Origin: Acidobacteriota bacterium
Lineage (GTDB): Bacteria; Acidobacteriota; Thermoanaerobaculia; Gp7-AA8
Length of the DNA stretch: 64,000 bases
NCBI GenBank assembly: GCA_019244185.1
Contig: JAFATB010000023.1
Location: 32,001-96,000, forward strand
Direction of reading: 5' to 3'
Every line of letters begins with the position of its first letter. Within the stretch, counting starts at the first letter, position 1. The notes under the pieces are model-generated. The model was not told where the DNA came from, searched no databases, and was given only the letters and a program-made list of their open reading frames with translations. The position numbers and the translations under genes were made by a program. This document shows positions 31,011-40,036 of this stretch, piece after piece.

Positions 31011-32993
31011 TCAACGCGGGAACGCTTCCTTCACGCCGCCGTCGACCGGCAGCATCGCGCCGGTCGTTTTCGCCGCGCGCGGTCCCGCGAGAAAGAGCGC
31101 CGCTTCGGCGACGTCGTCCGCGGTCACTTCGACCTTGAGTAATGTGCGGTTGCGATAGAAGTCGGGGAGGCGCTCGGTGTCGACGCCGTACGCCTGCGCG
31201 CGCATCGTGCGCATCTCCTCGCTCCAGAAGCGCGAGCCGCCGAAGATCGCGTCGGGATTGAGCATGTTCGCGCGGATGCCGTGCTCGCCGCCTTCGAGCG
31301 CGACGATGCGGCAGAGCTGCGCTTCCGCGGCCTTGCTCACGCTGTACGCCCCGAACTCTTTCCCCGGCGCGGTCACGTTCTTCGACGCGTTGAAGACGAT
31401 CGATCCGCCGAGTCCCTGCGCCTTGAGCACGCGCAGGGCGGCGCGCGCGACGAGGAAGTGCCCGCGCGCGTTGATGGCGAAGCTGCGGTCCCAATCCGCG
31501 GTCGCGAGCTCGTCGAGCTTGCCGAACGACGAGATGCCGGCGTTGCTGACGACGACGTCGACGCCGCCGTACGCGCGTACGGTCTCGTCGAACGCGCGCT
31601 CGACGTCGTGCTCGTCCGCGACGTCGAGCCGCAACGCGATCGCGCGGCGCAATCCATGTTTGGCGACGATGCTCTTCGCGACGTCTTCCGCGAGGCCGAG
31701 GTCGATGTCGGTGACGACGACGTGCGCGCCTTCCTCGGCGAACCGTTCCGCCACCGCCCGCCCGATGCCGCTCGCCGCGCCGGTCACGAGCGCGATCTTG
31801 CTGGCCAGCTCTTTCTCCTTCGGCAGCAGCGTCAGTTTGTAGAGCTCGAGCGGCCAGTACTCCGCGTGAAACGCGTCGTCGTCGTCGAGCGTTTCGTAGC
31901 CGCCCGCGTCTTCCGCCGCGGCGAGGATGCGCATCGTATGGCGATAGATGTCGCGCACGATGCGCGCGCCGCGCGCGTCCTTGCCTGCCGTCCACATGCC
32001 GACGCCCGCCATTAGGACGATGCGCGGTGCCGGATCGAGCATCGCGAACTCACTCGGATGCGCGCGGTAATGCGCGGTCGCGCGTTCGACGTAGCCCGCG
32101 AGCGCCTCGCGCAGATCGTCGCTCTCGCGCAGAAAGAGCGGGAAGCGCTTCGTGTGCAGCAGGTGATCGGGCGTGGCCGCGCCGATCTGCGTGAGCTGTT
32201 CGGCATCGCTGCGCGCGAGGAACGAGAGCGTTTCCGGCGAGTCGTCGAATTCGAGAATGCGTCCGCCGAGCGCGCCGCGGATCGCGGGCGGCAGCTCGCG
32301 CGGCGCGGGACGCGCGACGGCCGTCGCACGCGGACGCGCCGACGTGCGCGCGAACTCTTCCGCGCGCGTCACGAGCTCGATGTGGCGGTCGTACGCCGCG
32401 CGCGCGTCGTCGCCCCACGTGATGAGGCCGTGGTTCATGAGCACGAGTCCCGCGGCGTCCGGCTGCGCGTCGAAGCGATCGGCGACGTCGCGGCTCAGAC
32501 GAAATCCGGGCCGGCGGTACGGCACGAGGATCACCGAGTCGCCGAAGCAGGCGCGCACGGTCTTCTCGCGGCCGCGCGTGTTCGTCAGCGCGAGGATCGC
32601 GTCGGCGTGCGTATGCAGCACCGCCTTCGCCGGAAGGAACGCGTGCAGCAGCGTCTCGATCGACGGCCGCGCGCTGGCCGGATCGACGAGACAACGCGCG
32701 AGATAGTCGACCATCTCCTGATCGCTCATGTCCTCGACGCGCTGCCGCAGCGGCGCGATGTAGTCGAGGCGCACGCCGGGGAACTGCTTCGGCACGATCG
32801 ACTTCATGTCGCTGCCGCTGCTCTTGATGTACATCACGTCGATGGGATTGCCGAGGAGATCGGCGGCGCGCGACTTGATCGAGTTGTTGCCGCCGCCCCA
32901 CAGCACGAGGTCTTCCTCCATGCCGACCAGACGCGATTGATAGACGAGACTCTCCAGTTCCGATTGCGGCGCTTCGGCCCAGCGGTTCTGCAT
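31011..32993 (-). CDS. Bifunctional class II aldolase / short-chain dehydrogenase (rhamnulose-1-P aldolase/SDR type)
   Basis: GGGNNSIK, PSIETLLH, HTHAD, TPDH, EYWPLE, TGAASGIG, YSVSK. Confidence 0.92.
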   Translation of the reverse strand: MQNRWAEAPQSELESLVYQSRLVGMEEDLVLWGGGNNSIKSRAADLLGNPIDVMYIKSSGSDMKSIVPKQFPGVRLDYIAPLRQRVEDMSDQEMVDYLARCLVDPASARPSIETLLHAFLPAKAVLHTHADAILALTNTRGREKTVRACFGDSVILVPYRRPGFRLSRDVADRFDAQPDAAGLVLMNHGLITWGDDARAAYDRHIELVTRAEEFARTSARPRATAVARPAPRELPPAIRGALGGRILEFDDSPETLSFLARSDAEQLTQIGAATPDHLLHTKRFPLFLRESDDLREALAGYVERATAHYRAHPSEFAMLDPAPRIVLMAGVGMWTAGKDARGARIVRDIYRHTMRILAAAEDAGGYETLDDDDAFHAEYWPLELYKLTLLPKEKELASKIALVTGAASGIGRAVAERFAEEGAHVVVTDIDLGLAEDVAKSIVAKHGLRRAIALRLDVADEHDVERAFDETVRAYGGVDVVVSNAGISSFGKLDELATADWDRSFAINARGHFLVARAALRVLKAQGLGGSIVFNASKNVTAPGKEFGAYSVSKAAEAQLCRIVALEGGEHGIRANMLNPDAIFGGSRFWSEEMRTMRAQAYGVDTERLPDFYRNRTLLKVEVTADDVAEAALFLAGPRAAKTTGAMLPVDGGVKEAFPR

Positions 32994-33028
32994 GACGCGC
33001 GGATTATGCTCCACGGTATGCTCTCGTC

Positions 33029-34153
33029 ATGACCATCAGTGCACGCGAGCGCGACCGGCTCGTCGAGAACCTCGTCGACGAGTTGAACGGCGCCGCGCTC
33101 TACGACGCGCTGGCCGTGGCGGAGAAAGACGAGCGGCTCGCCGAGGTGTACCGGCGGCTCGCGAATGTCGAGCGGCGCCACGCCGATCGCTGGCGCGCGA
33201 AGCTCGAGGCGGGCGGCGTCTCGCTCCCGCGCTTCAAGCCGTCGTGGCGCACGCGCACGCTCTCGTGGATGGCGCAGCGCTTCGGCACCGGCGCGGTGCT
33301 CCCGTCCGTGCAGAACCTCGAGCGCACCGACACGACCAAGTACGCGTCGCAAGCCGACGCGCGCGACTTCCACGCCGACGAGCGCTCGCACGCGCGCGTC
33401 ATTCAATTGATGTCGTCGATGCGCGGCGGCTTCGCGGGCACGCAGGTCGCGCGCATCGAAGGCCGCCACCGCACCGCCGGAGGCAACGCGCTCCGCGCCG
33501 CGGTTCTCGGCGCGAACGACGGGCTCGTGTCGAATCTCAGTCTGGTCATGGGCGTCGCCGGCGCCGCGCTCAACGAACGCGCGATCCTCATCACCGGCCT
33601 CGCCGGCCTGCTCGCCGGCGCCGGCTCGATGGCCCTCGGCGAATGGCTTTCCGTCCAGAGCTCGCGCGAGCTGTACGCGCATCAGATCGAGACCGAGCAG
33701 GAAGAACTGGAGACGATGCCGCGCGAGGAAGAGGAAGAGCTCGCGCTGATCTATCAGGCGCGCGGCCTCGCCGAGGAGCAGGCGCGCGAGTTCGCGGCGA
33801 GCGTGATGGCCAATCCGGAGACCGCGCTCGATACGCTGGCGCGCGAGGAGCTCGGCATCGATCCCGACGAGCTCGGAGGCTCGGCCTGGGTCGCCGCGTT
33901 CACTTCGTTCTGTCTCTTTTCCCTCGGCGCGATCGTGCCGGTGTTGCCGTTCTTCTTCGCCGGCGATCGCACGGCGGTGTTGCTCAGCGTCGGCTTCAGC
34001 GCGATTGCGCTCTTCACCGTCGGCGCCGCGATCACGCTCTTCACCGGCCGCTCGGTGTTCTTCTCGGGCTCGCGCCAGGTCGCGTTCGGCCTCGCGGCCG
34101 CGGCTCTCACGTTCGGCATCGGACGCCTCGTCGGCGTCTCGATTGGAGGATGA
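33029..34153 (+). CDS. Ferritin-like N-domain + VIT1/CCC1 transporter
   Basis: E..HADRW and ERSHAR motifs; LRAAVLGANDGLVS, SMALGEWLSV. Confidence 0.9.
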   Translation: MTISARERDRLVENLVDELNGAALYDALAVAEKDERLAEVYRRLANVERRHADRWRAKLEAGGVSLPRFKPSWRTRTLSWMAQRFGTGAVLPSVQNLERTDTTKYASQADARDFHADERSHARVIQLMSSMRGGFAGTQVARIEGRHRTAGGNALRAAVLGANDGLVSNLSLVMGVAGAALNERAILITGLAGLLAGAGSMALGEWLSVQSSRELYAHQIETEQEELETMPREEEEELALIYQARGLAEEQAREFAASVMANPETALDTLAREELGIDPDELGGSAWVAAFTSFCLFSLGAIVPVLPFFFAGDRTAVLLSVGFSAIALFTVGAAITLFTGRSVFFSGSRQVAFGLAAAALTFGIGRLVGVSIGG

Positions 34154-34155
34154 CC

Positions 34156-34602
34156 ATGCAGACGCTTTTCGACGAGGCCACGCGTTCCACGGTGCTCGCG
34201 CGCATCGACCGCATGCAGAGCGGCACCGCCGCGCGGTGGGGAAAGATGAACGCCGAGCAGATGCTCGCGCATCTCGTTCAGTCGCTGCAGATGAGCAGCG
34301 GCGAGCTGCCGACGAAGTCGAAGCGGCTGCCCATCCGCTTCTTTCCGCTCAAGCAGCTCATCGTCTATCTGCTGCCGTTCCCGAAAGGCGCGCCGACCGC
34401 GCGCGAGCTCATCCCCGGCGCGAACCCCGGCACGGTGGAGGAGAACAAGCGGAAGCTGGCGCAGAAGATCACCGCGTTCGGCGCTCTCGCGAACGCCACG
34501 TCGTGGCCGGAGCATCCGGCGTTCGGCCGGCTGTCGGCGCGCGCCTGGGGCGTGCTCACGTACCGCCACGTCGATCACCATCTGAGGCAATTCGGCGTCT
34601 GA
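34156..34602 (+). CDS. DinB-like DUF1569 protein
   Basis: WGKMNAEQMLAH, HPAFG, HVDHHLRQFGV. Confidence 0.9.
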   Translation: MQTLFDEATRSTVLARIDRMQSGTAARWGKMNAEQMLAHLVQSLQMSSGELPTKSKRLPIRFFPLKQLIVYLLPFPKGAPTARELIPGANPGTVEENKRKLAQKITAFGALANATSWPEHPAFGRLSARAWGVLTYRHVDHHLRQFGV

Positions 34603-34604
34603 CG

Positions 34605-34652
34605 TTGACAGCGGCGACGTTCCGGCCTACTGTATTAGTCAACTAATACAGT
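34605..34652 (+). promoter_or_regulatory. sigma70 promoter with overlapping GntR/YtrA-like operator
   Basis: TTGACA-N17-TACTGT; perfect inverted repeat ACTGTATTAGT-CA-ACTAATACAGT (34629-34652). Confidence 0.75.
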
Positions 34653-34665
34653 GAAGGAGAACATC

Positions 34666-35112
34666 ATGCTTCGACGTCTCACCGTTTCCCTCGCCGCCCT
34701 CGCTCTCATCCTTGTCTCGCTTCCGCTCGCCGCCGACTCCGGCTCCTGTCATCGCAAGCTGGTCGACCACACCGGCTTCTGCCTCTTCACGCTCAGCGAC
34801 ATGCGCTCGGTGCAGATGGCGGTGGACGCGTATTGGGCCGACCACAACGCGTATCCCGTCGCCGCCACGATGGCCGAGCTGCAGCACGCGCTCGAGCCGG
34901 TGTACATCGCCCACCTGCCGGCCAAAGACTTCTGGGGCACGGAGTTCCGCTACGTCGTGGCGCGGGACGGTAAGAGCTATCGCCTCGTGAGCGCCGGCTC
35001 GGATCGCAAGTTCGACGAGAGCTCGTGGAGCGCGTACGGTCTCACCAGCGCCTCATCCGACGACGCGGTGCTGGCCAGCGATCACGAGCGGCAGTGGACG
35101 ATCCAGGAATGA
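34666..35112 (+). CDS. Secreted protein with GspG C-terminal-like domain
   Basis: AAGGAG RBS, signal peptide, AVDAYWADHNAYP, KDFWGTEFRY, YRLVSAGSD. Confidence 0.75.
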   Translation: MLRRLTVSLAALALILVSLPLAADSGSCHRKLVDHTGFCLFTLSDMRSVQMAVDAYWADHNAYPVAATMAELQHALEPVYIAHLPAKDFWGTEFRYVVARDGKSYRLVSAGSDRKFDESSWSAYGLTSASSDDAVLASDHERQWTIQE

Positions 35113-35165
35113 CGCGCGCGTGACTTCGGCACAGGCGGCGCGTCTGAAGCCTCGAAGGAGACTCG

Positions 35166-35897
35166 ATGCGCCGCCTGTCCGTGCTGTTGGTTCTCGCTCT
35201 GCCGCTGCACGCCGACGTCGTTGCCGACGTCCGCACCGCGCTCACCCGCCTCACCGCGCGCGATCCGATCCACGCGACCTACGAAGTGCAGCGCGCCGTG
35301 AAGAACGAAGGGAAGTTCGACAACGACTCGTTCGACGGCCGCGCCGCCGTCGAGCTCGAAGGCGACGCAAGCGGCTTCCGTGTCATTGTGCCGCGCGCGC
35401 TGGTCGACGTGATGGAGCGCGAGCTCCAGTCGCACGCGCACAATCCCAAACAGCCGACGCCCACCGTGAACGCAATGCGCGACTTCGGTCCGGTCGACAC
35501 CGCCGACGCGATCGACTTCGCGCCGACGCTGCTGCAACTCCTCGACGGCGCGACGCTCGCGTCGGACAAGACGTCGGCGTGGCAGGGCAAGCCCGCGCGC
35601 GCGATCACGTTCCGCCTCGCCGACCGCCGCGAGTCCGACGTCGGCAAGGAGACGATCGCCGAGAACCGCCTTACGCTCTGGGTCGGCACCGATCTCATCC
35701 CCCTCGGCGCCGAGCACGTCCGCTCCTCGAAGTTCTCCTTCCTCATCTTCCACGGCGAAGCCACCACCCGCCGCCTCTGGACCCTCGCCCGCCTCGGCGA
35801 CCGCCTCGTGCGCGTGCGCCGCGAAAGCTCCGAGAGCGGCTCCGGCATGGGCCAGAAGAGCAACGAGCAGTCGGTGGCGGTGGTGAGGGTGCACTAG
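35166..35897 (+). CDS. Secreted hypothetical protein
   Basis: AAGGAG RBS, signal peptide ending LHA, typical codon usage. Confidence 0.8.
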   Translation: MRRLSVLLVLALPLHADVVADVRTALTRLTARDPIHATYEVQRAVKNEGKFDNDSFDGRAAVELEGDASGFRVIVPRALVDVMERELQSHAHNPKQPTPTVNAMRDFGPVDTADAIDFAPTLLQLLDGATLASDKTSAWQGKPARAITFRLADRRESDVGKETIAENRLTLWVGTDLIPLGAEHVRSSKFSFLIFHGEATTRRLWTLARLGDRLVRVRRESSESGSGMGQKSNEQSVAVVRVH

Positions 35898-35900
35898 CGT

Positions 35901-35925
35901 CGCTCGCCCCGCGATGCAGCTGCCG
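35901..35925 (+). repeat. Direct repeat, left of mazEF
   Basis: CGCTCGCCC-CGCGATGCAGCTGCCG; a copy with one inserted base lies at 36535-36560. Confidence 0.8.
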
Positions 35926-35959
35926 GAATGGGAGCGGTATCATCTTTGTCGACACGTCC

Positions 35960-36202
35960 ATGAAAGCGCGCATTCAGAAGTGGGGCGATAGTCTCGCGCT
36001 ACGTATCCCGAAGCCATTCGCGGAGGAAGCGGGACTTGGCGAAGACTCCACCGTGGACGTGACGGTCCGCAACGGCAATTTAGTGGTGGTCGCCGTCGAG
36101 GAACCGCACGAAACGCTCGAGACGCTCGTGGCGCGGATCACGCCTGAGAACCGTCACGACGAAACGGACATGGGAAAACCGGTTGGCAACGAAAGCTGGT
36201 AG
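35960..36202 (+). CDS. mazE: AbrB/MazE antitoxin
   Basis: MKARIQKWGDSLALRIPK...LETLVARITPENRHDE. Confidence 0.93.
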   Translation: MKARIQKWGDSLALRIPKPFAEEAGLGEDSTVDVTVRNGNLVVVAVEEPHETLETLVARITPENRHDETDMGKPVGNESW

Positions 36203-36533
36203 CGGCTACGTTCCCGAGCGCGGGGATCTCATCTGGCTGTCGTTCGATCCACAGGCTGGGCATGAGCAGGCCGGACGCCGGCCGGCCGTGGTGCTGTCGC
36301 CCGCTTCCTACAACCGCAGCTCCGGCTTGGCGTTGGTCGTCCCCGTCACGTCGCACATCAAGAGCTATCCATTCGAAGTGCTCATTCCTGCCGGCGGGCA
36401 CGTCTCGGGCGTCGTTCTCGCGGACCATCTGAAGAGCGTTGATTGGCGGGCTCGCAAGGCCGAACGCATCGCAGCGTTACCAGAAGTCACTTTGAATCAG
36501 GTACTGAAGAAGGCCGCGTTGCTTTTGACGTGA
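36183..36533 (+). CDS. mazF: MazF/PemK endoribonuclease toxin (start uncertain)
   Basis: YVPERGDLIWLSFDPQAGHEQAGRRPAVVLS...KSVDWRAR. Confidence 0.95.
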   Translation: MATKAGSGYVPERGDLIWLSFDPQAGHEQAGRRPAVVLSPASYNRSSGLALVVPVTSHIKSYPFEVLIPAGGHVSGVVLADHLKSVDWRARKAERIAALPEVTLNQVLKKAALLLT

Positions 36534-36534
36534 C

Positions 36535-36560
36535 CGCTCGCCCACGCGATGCAGCTGCCG
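36535..36560 (+). repeat. Direct repeat, right of mazEF
   Basis: CGCTCGCCCACGCGATGCAGCTGCCG. Confidence 0.8.
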
Positions 36561-36678
36561 CTACGCGCAGCTGATCGCCATGTCCGTCGCGATCAGCCGC
36601 GCGCAGCGCCGGCTGCCTCGCGGCGAGCGACCGCGGCGGCGACGCCGTCCGCGCGTCGCGTACACTGGAAGCATCGGC

Positions 36679-39282
36679 ATGCGCTTTGGCCCATACGAAG
36701 TCGTCGACCGCCTCGCGGAAGGCGGTATGGGTGAGGTGTACAAAGCGCGCGACACGCGGCTCGACCGCACCGTCGCACTGAAAGTCCTCCCGCAACATCT
36801 CTCCAGCGATCCCGAACTGCGCCGGCGTTTCGAGCGCGAGGCGCGCGCGATCTCCGCGCTCTCGCACCCGCACATCTGCACGCTCTTCGACATCGGCAGC
36901 GACGGCGGGCAGGACTTCCTGGTGATGGAGTATCTCGACGGCGAGACGCTCGCCGAGCGCGTCACGCACGGCCCGCTGCCGATCGCCGACGTCATCCGCT
37001 ACGGCATCGAGATCGCCGACGCGCTCGAAAAAGCGCATCGCGCCGGCATCGTTCACCGCGACCTCAAGCCGGGCAACATCGTCCTCACGCGCAGCGGCGC
37101 GAAGCTCCTCGACTTCGGCCTCGCGAAATGGCTTCCGCCGGATGCGTCGTCGGTGCTCGGCCGTTCCGAGGACGTCACGAAGACCGCGCCGCTGACCTCG
37201 CAGGGCACGCTCCTCGGCACCATTCCGTACATGGCGCCCGAACAGCTGGAGGCGAAAGAAGTCGATGCGCGTACAGACATCTTCGCCTTCGGCGCGATCC
37301 TCTACGAGATGGCCACGGGCGTGCGCGCGTTCAGCGCCGGCTCGAACGCGAGTCTCATCGCCGCGATCCTGCGCGAGGAGCCGCCGCTGCCGTCGCGATT
37401 GCGCGCGCTCGCGCCGCGCGCGTTCGATCAGATCGTCCGCACGTGTCTGGCGAAGAATCCGGACGATCGCTTCCAGTCCGTGCACGACGTGCGCATCGCG
37501 CTGGAGATGCTCGGCGCGAGCGGCGACGACGCGGACGCGGAAGAAGAACGCGCGCGCAGGCCGTGGCTCGTCCCCGCGATCGCCGCCGCCGTGGCCATCG
37601 TGGCGATGATCGCCGCCGCGGCGTTCTGGCTGCGTCCCGCCGCAACGGCGCGCGTCTACCGCTTCACGATCGCGCCGCCGCAGGGCTCGACCTTTCCGAC
37701 GCTCGGCGAAGGCGGCGCGCTCGCGCTCGCGCCGGACGGGCGGCAGCTCGTCTTCGAGGCCACGACGCCGGAAGGGCGCACGTATCTCTGGCTGCGGTCG
37801 TTCGAATCCGAGGTGCCAGAGATGCTGGAGGGGACGGAAGGGGGCGAGTATCCGTTCTGGTCGCCGGACGGACGCGCCATCGCCTTCTTCGCGGACGGAA
37901 AGCTGAAGCGCATGAATCTCCCCGACGGTCCGCCGCAGACGTTGTGCGACGCGCCGACGGGACGCGGCGGCTCGTGGTCGCGCGGCGGCACGATCCTCTT
38001 CGCGCCGGCGAGCACCGGACCGCTGTATCGGGTCTCCGCGTCGGGTGGACAGCCGGAAGTCGCGACCGCGGCGCCGCGAGGCGTGTACTCGGAGCGCTGG
38101 CCGCAGTTCATCGACGACGACCGCTTCCTCTTCGTCGTGCAGAGCCAGCGTCCCGCGCTGCGCGGCGTCTTTGCCGGCTCGCTGAAATCGCGGGGGATGA
38201 AGAAGCTGCTGCCGACCCCGCTCAGCGTCGCGTACGCGCCGGGGCGCCTCTGCTACGTGCGCGATCATGTGCTCGTCGAGCAGCGCTTCGACGGCGACGA
38301 GCTCGCGGGCGACGCGCGCGTCATCGCCGACGCGATGGTCTACTACGCCGATCGCGCGTACGTGCCCGTCACCGCGTCGGCGGATGTGGTGGCCTTCCGC
38401 CGCAACGCCGCCGCCAACATGCGCGTGGCCTGGTTCGCGCGCGACGGCCGCCGCCTCGGCGCGATCGGCGAGCTCGGCGAATTCGAGGGTCCCGCGCTCT
38501 CGCCCGACGGCACGCGCGTCGCGTTCGGGTACTTTGATACCAATGAATCGCTGAACCACATCGCGCTGGCCACGCTCAGCGGCGGCGTCCCGCGCCGCTT
38601 CACCTTCGCGCACGGCAACCAGTACTCGCCGGTCTGGTCGCCCGACGGCGCGCGGCTGGCGTTCAGCGACGACGAGGCCGGCGTCGACACGCTTTCGTCG
38701 AAACCGTTCGCCGGCACGAGCAACGAGCGCCCGCTCATTCCGCCGCCGCCGAGCTCCACGTACGCGCAGAGCTGGTCGCCCGACGGCGCGCACATTCTCT
38801 ATCGCGTGCAGGACGCGAAGAACGGCTTCGACATCCGCGCGCTGTCGCTTCTCGACGGCAAATCGGAGCTGTACGTGAGCGGTCCCGCCGATCAGTCGCA
38901 GGGACAGTTCTCGCCCGACGGCCGCTGGGTCGCGTACACGTCGACCGAGTCGGGACGCCACGAGGTCTACGTGCAGCCGTTCCCCGCAACGGGCGCGAAG
39001 TGGCAGGTGTCGGTGAGCGGCGGCGAGCAGCCGCGCTGGCGCCGCGACGGCAAGGAGCTCTTCTACCTCGCGCCCGACCGCTCGCTGATGGCGTTGCCGA
39101 TCGCGGCGATGGGCGCGTTCGACGACGCCGCGCCGCAACGCCTCTTCGCGACGAACATCCCGTTCGGCGACATCAACGTCTCGCAGTCGTACGACGTCAG
39201 CGCGGACGGCGAACGCTTCGTCGTCGCGGCCGCGGATCCACTGTCGCCGCAGACGCCGATCAGCGTCATTGCAGGACGTTAG
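36679..39282 (+). CDS. Ser/Thr protein kinase with TM and TolB/PD40 beta-propeller
   Basis: GGMGEVY, VALK, HRDLKPGN, DFG, YMAPE; many WSPDG repeats. Confidence 0.95.
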   Translation: MRFGPYEVVDRLAEGGMGEVYKARDTRLDRTVALKVLPQHLSSDPELRRRFEREARAISALSHPHICTLFDIGSDGGQDFLVMEYLDGETLAERVTHGPLPIADVIRYGIEIADALEKAHRAGIVHRDLKPGNIVLTRSGAKLLDFGLAKWLPPDASSVLGRSEDVTKTAPLTSQGTLLGTIPYMAPEQLEAKEVDARTDIFAFGAILYEMATGVRAFSAGSNASLIAAILREEPPLPSRLRALAPRAFDQIVRTCLAKNPDDRFQSVHDVRIALEMLGASGDDADAEEERARRPWLVPAIAAAVAIVAMIAAAAFWLRPAATARVYRFTIAPPQGSTFPTLGEGGALALAPDGRQLVFEATTPEGRTYLWLRSFESEVPEMLEGTEGGEYPFWSPDGRAIAFFADGKLKRMNLPDGPPQTLCDAPTGRGGSWSRGGTILFAPASTGPLYRVSASGGQPEVATAAPRGVYSERWPQFIDDDRFLFVVQSQRPALRGVFAGSLKSRGMKKLLPTPLSVAYAPGRLCYVRDHVLVEQRFDGDELAGDARVIADAMVYYADRAYVPVTASADVVAFRRNAAANMRVAWFARDGRRLGAIGELGEFEGPALSPDGTRVAFGYFDTNESLNHIALATLSGGVPRRFTFAHGNQYSPVWSPDGARLAFSDDEAGVDTLSSKPFAGTSNERPLIPPPPSSTYAQSWSPDGAHILYRVQDAKNGFDIRALSLLDGKSELYVSGPADQSQGQFSPDGRWVAYTSTESGRHEVYVQPFPATGAKWQVSVSGGEQPRWRRDGKELFYLAPDRSLMALPIAAMGAFDDAAPQRLFATNIPFGDINVSQSYDVSADGERFVVAAADPLSPQTPISVIAGR

Positions 39283-39430
39283 TGAAGCGCGGCACGTGCG
39301 GCAAAAGGCTCAAGAATTAATGCCGTGCAGGGTCAATTCCTGAAACACGGCACAATCGCTAACCCACTGTAAATCCTGAAACCGCCTTGTAACTCGCGCG
39401 TTTTGTACGACATGGTATTTTCCCGCCGCG

Positions 39431-39446
39431 TGGCAATCGCATTGCT
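39431..39446 (+). promoter_or_regulatory. sigma54 -24/-12 promoter
   Basis: TGGCAATCGCATTGCT after an AT-rich stretch and an inverted repeat (about 39321-39352). Confidence 0.65.
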
Positions 39447-39460
39447 CCGCGCAGTCTGTA

Positions 39461-40036
39461 ATGAATGATGCACTTCGCGACGCCGCACGCGTCATCGTGA
39501 CCGCCGACATCGCGTTGGGACCCGGTGAGGTCTTCTCCGTCGCCATCGACGACATGGCCGCATCGCTCCCCGAAGAAGAGTGCTTCCGCTTCGCCCTCCA
39601 CTATTACGCGCGCGTGCTGTACGAGCTCGCACAATCGCAGCGGTCGATGCATCGCCTCCCCGAATGGACGGCGCGCGTCGCGCAGACGGCCGTCGACCGC
39701 GACACCGATTGCTTCGCCATCGCCGGCACCGGCGGCACGCTCGTCCAGTCGATCGAGCGTCCGCTCGCGCGCGTGCACGTCGCGATGCGCACCAGCGGTC
39801 TGCGCGACCGCGAGGTCACCGGCGATCTCGCGCCGCTGCGCGGCTCCTCGCTCGCGCGCTCGGTGCTCGCGGTCTGTCAGGCCGTCCTGCCGCGCCTTTC
39901 GGACTCCGTCCGCGCCGCGCTGCCGTCCGCGCTCGCGAACATGAACGCCTCCTACGAGCTCGCGCATCACTACGCCGACCCCGACAGCCAGCGCCACGTG
40001 CCGTCGGTCGCGTATCTCGCGGCATCGTTTGTCTGA
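39461..40036 (+). CDS. Hypothetical protein
   Basis: ORF with normal codon usage; no motif recognised. Confidence 0.7.
   Translation: MNDALRDAARVIVTADIALGPGEVFSVAIDDMAASLPEEECFRFALHYYARVLYELAQSQRSMHRLPEWTARVAQTAVDRDTDCFAIAGTGGTLVQSIERPLARVHVAMRTSGLRDREVTGDLAPLRGSSLARSVLAVCQAVLPRLSDSVRAALPSALANMNASYELAHHYADPDSQRHVPSVAYLAASFV

Noticed and set aside
39283-39430. Riboswitch (e.g. c-di-GMP)
   Set aside because: No consensus aptamer motifs were recognised, and the region lies upstream of the predicted promoter.
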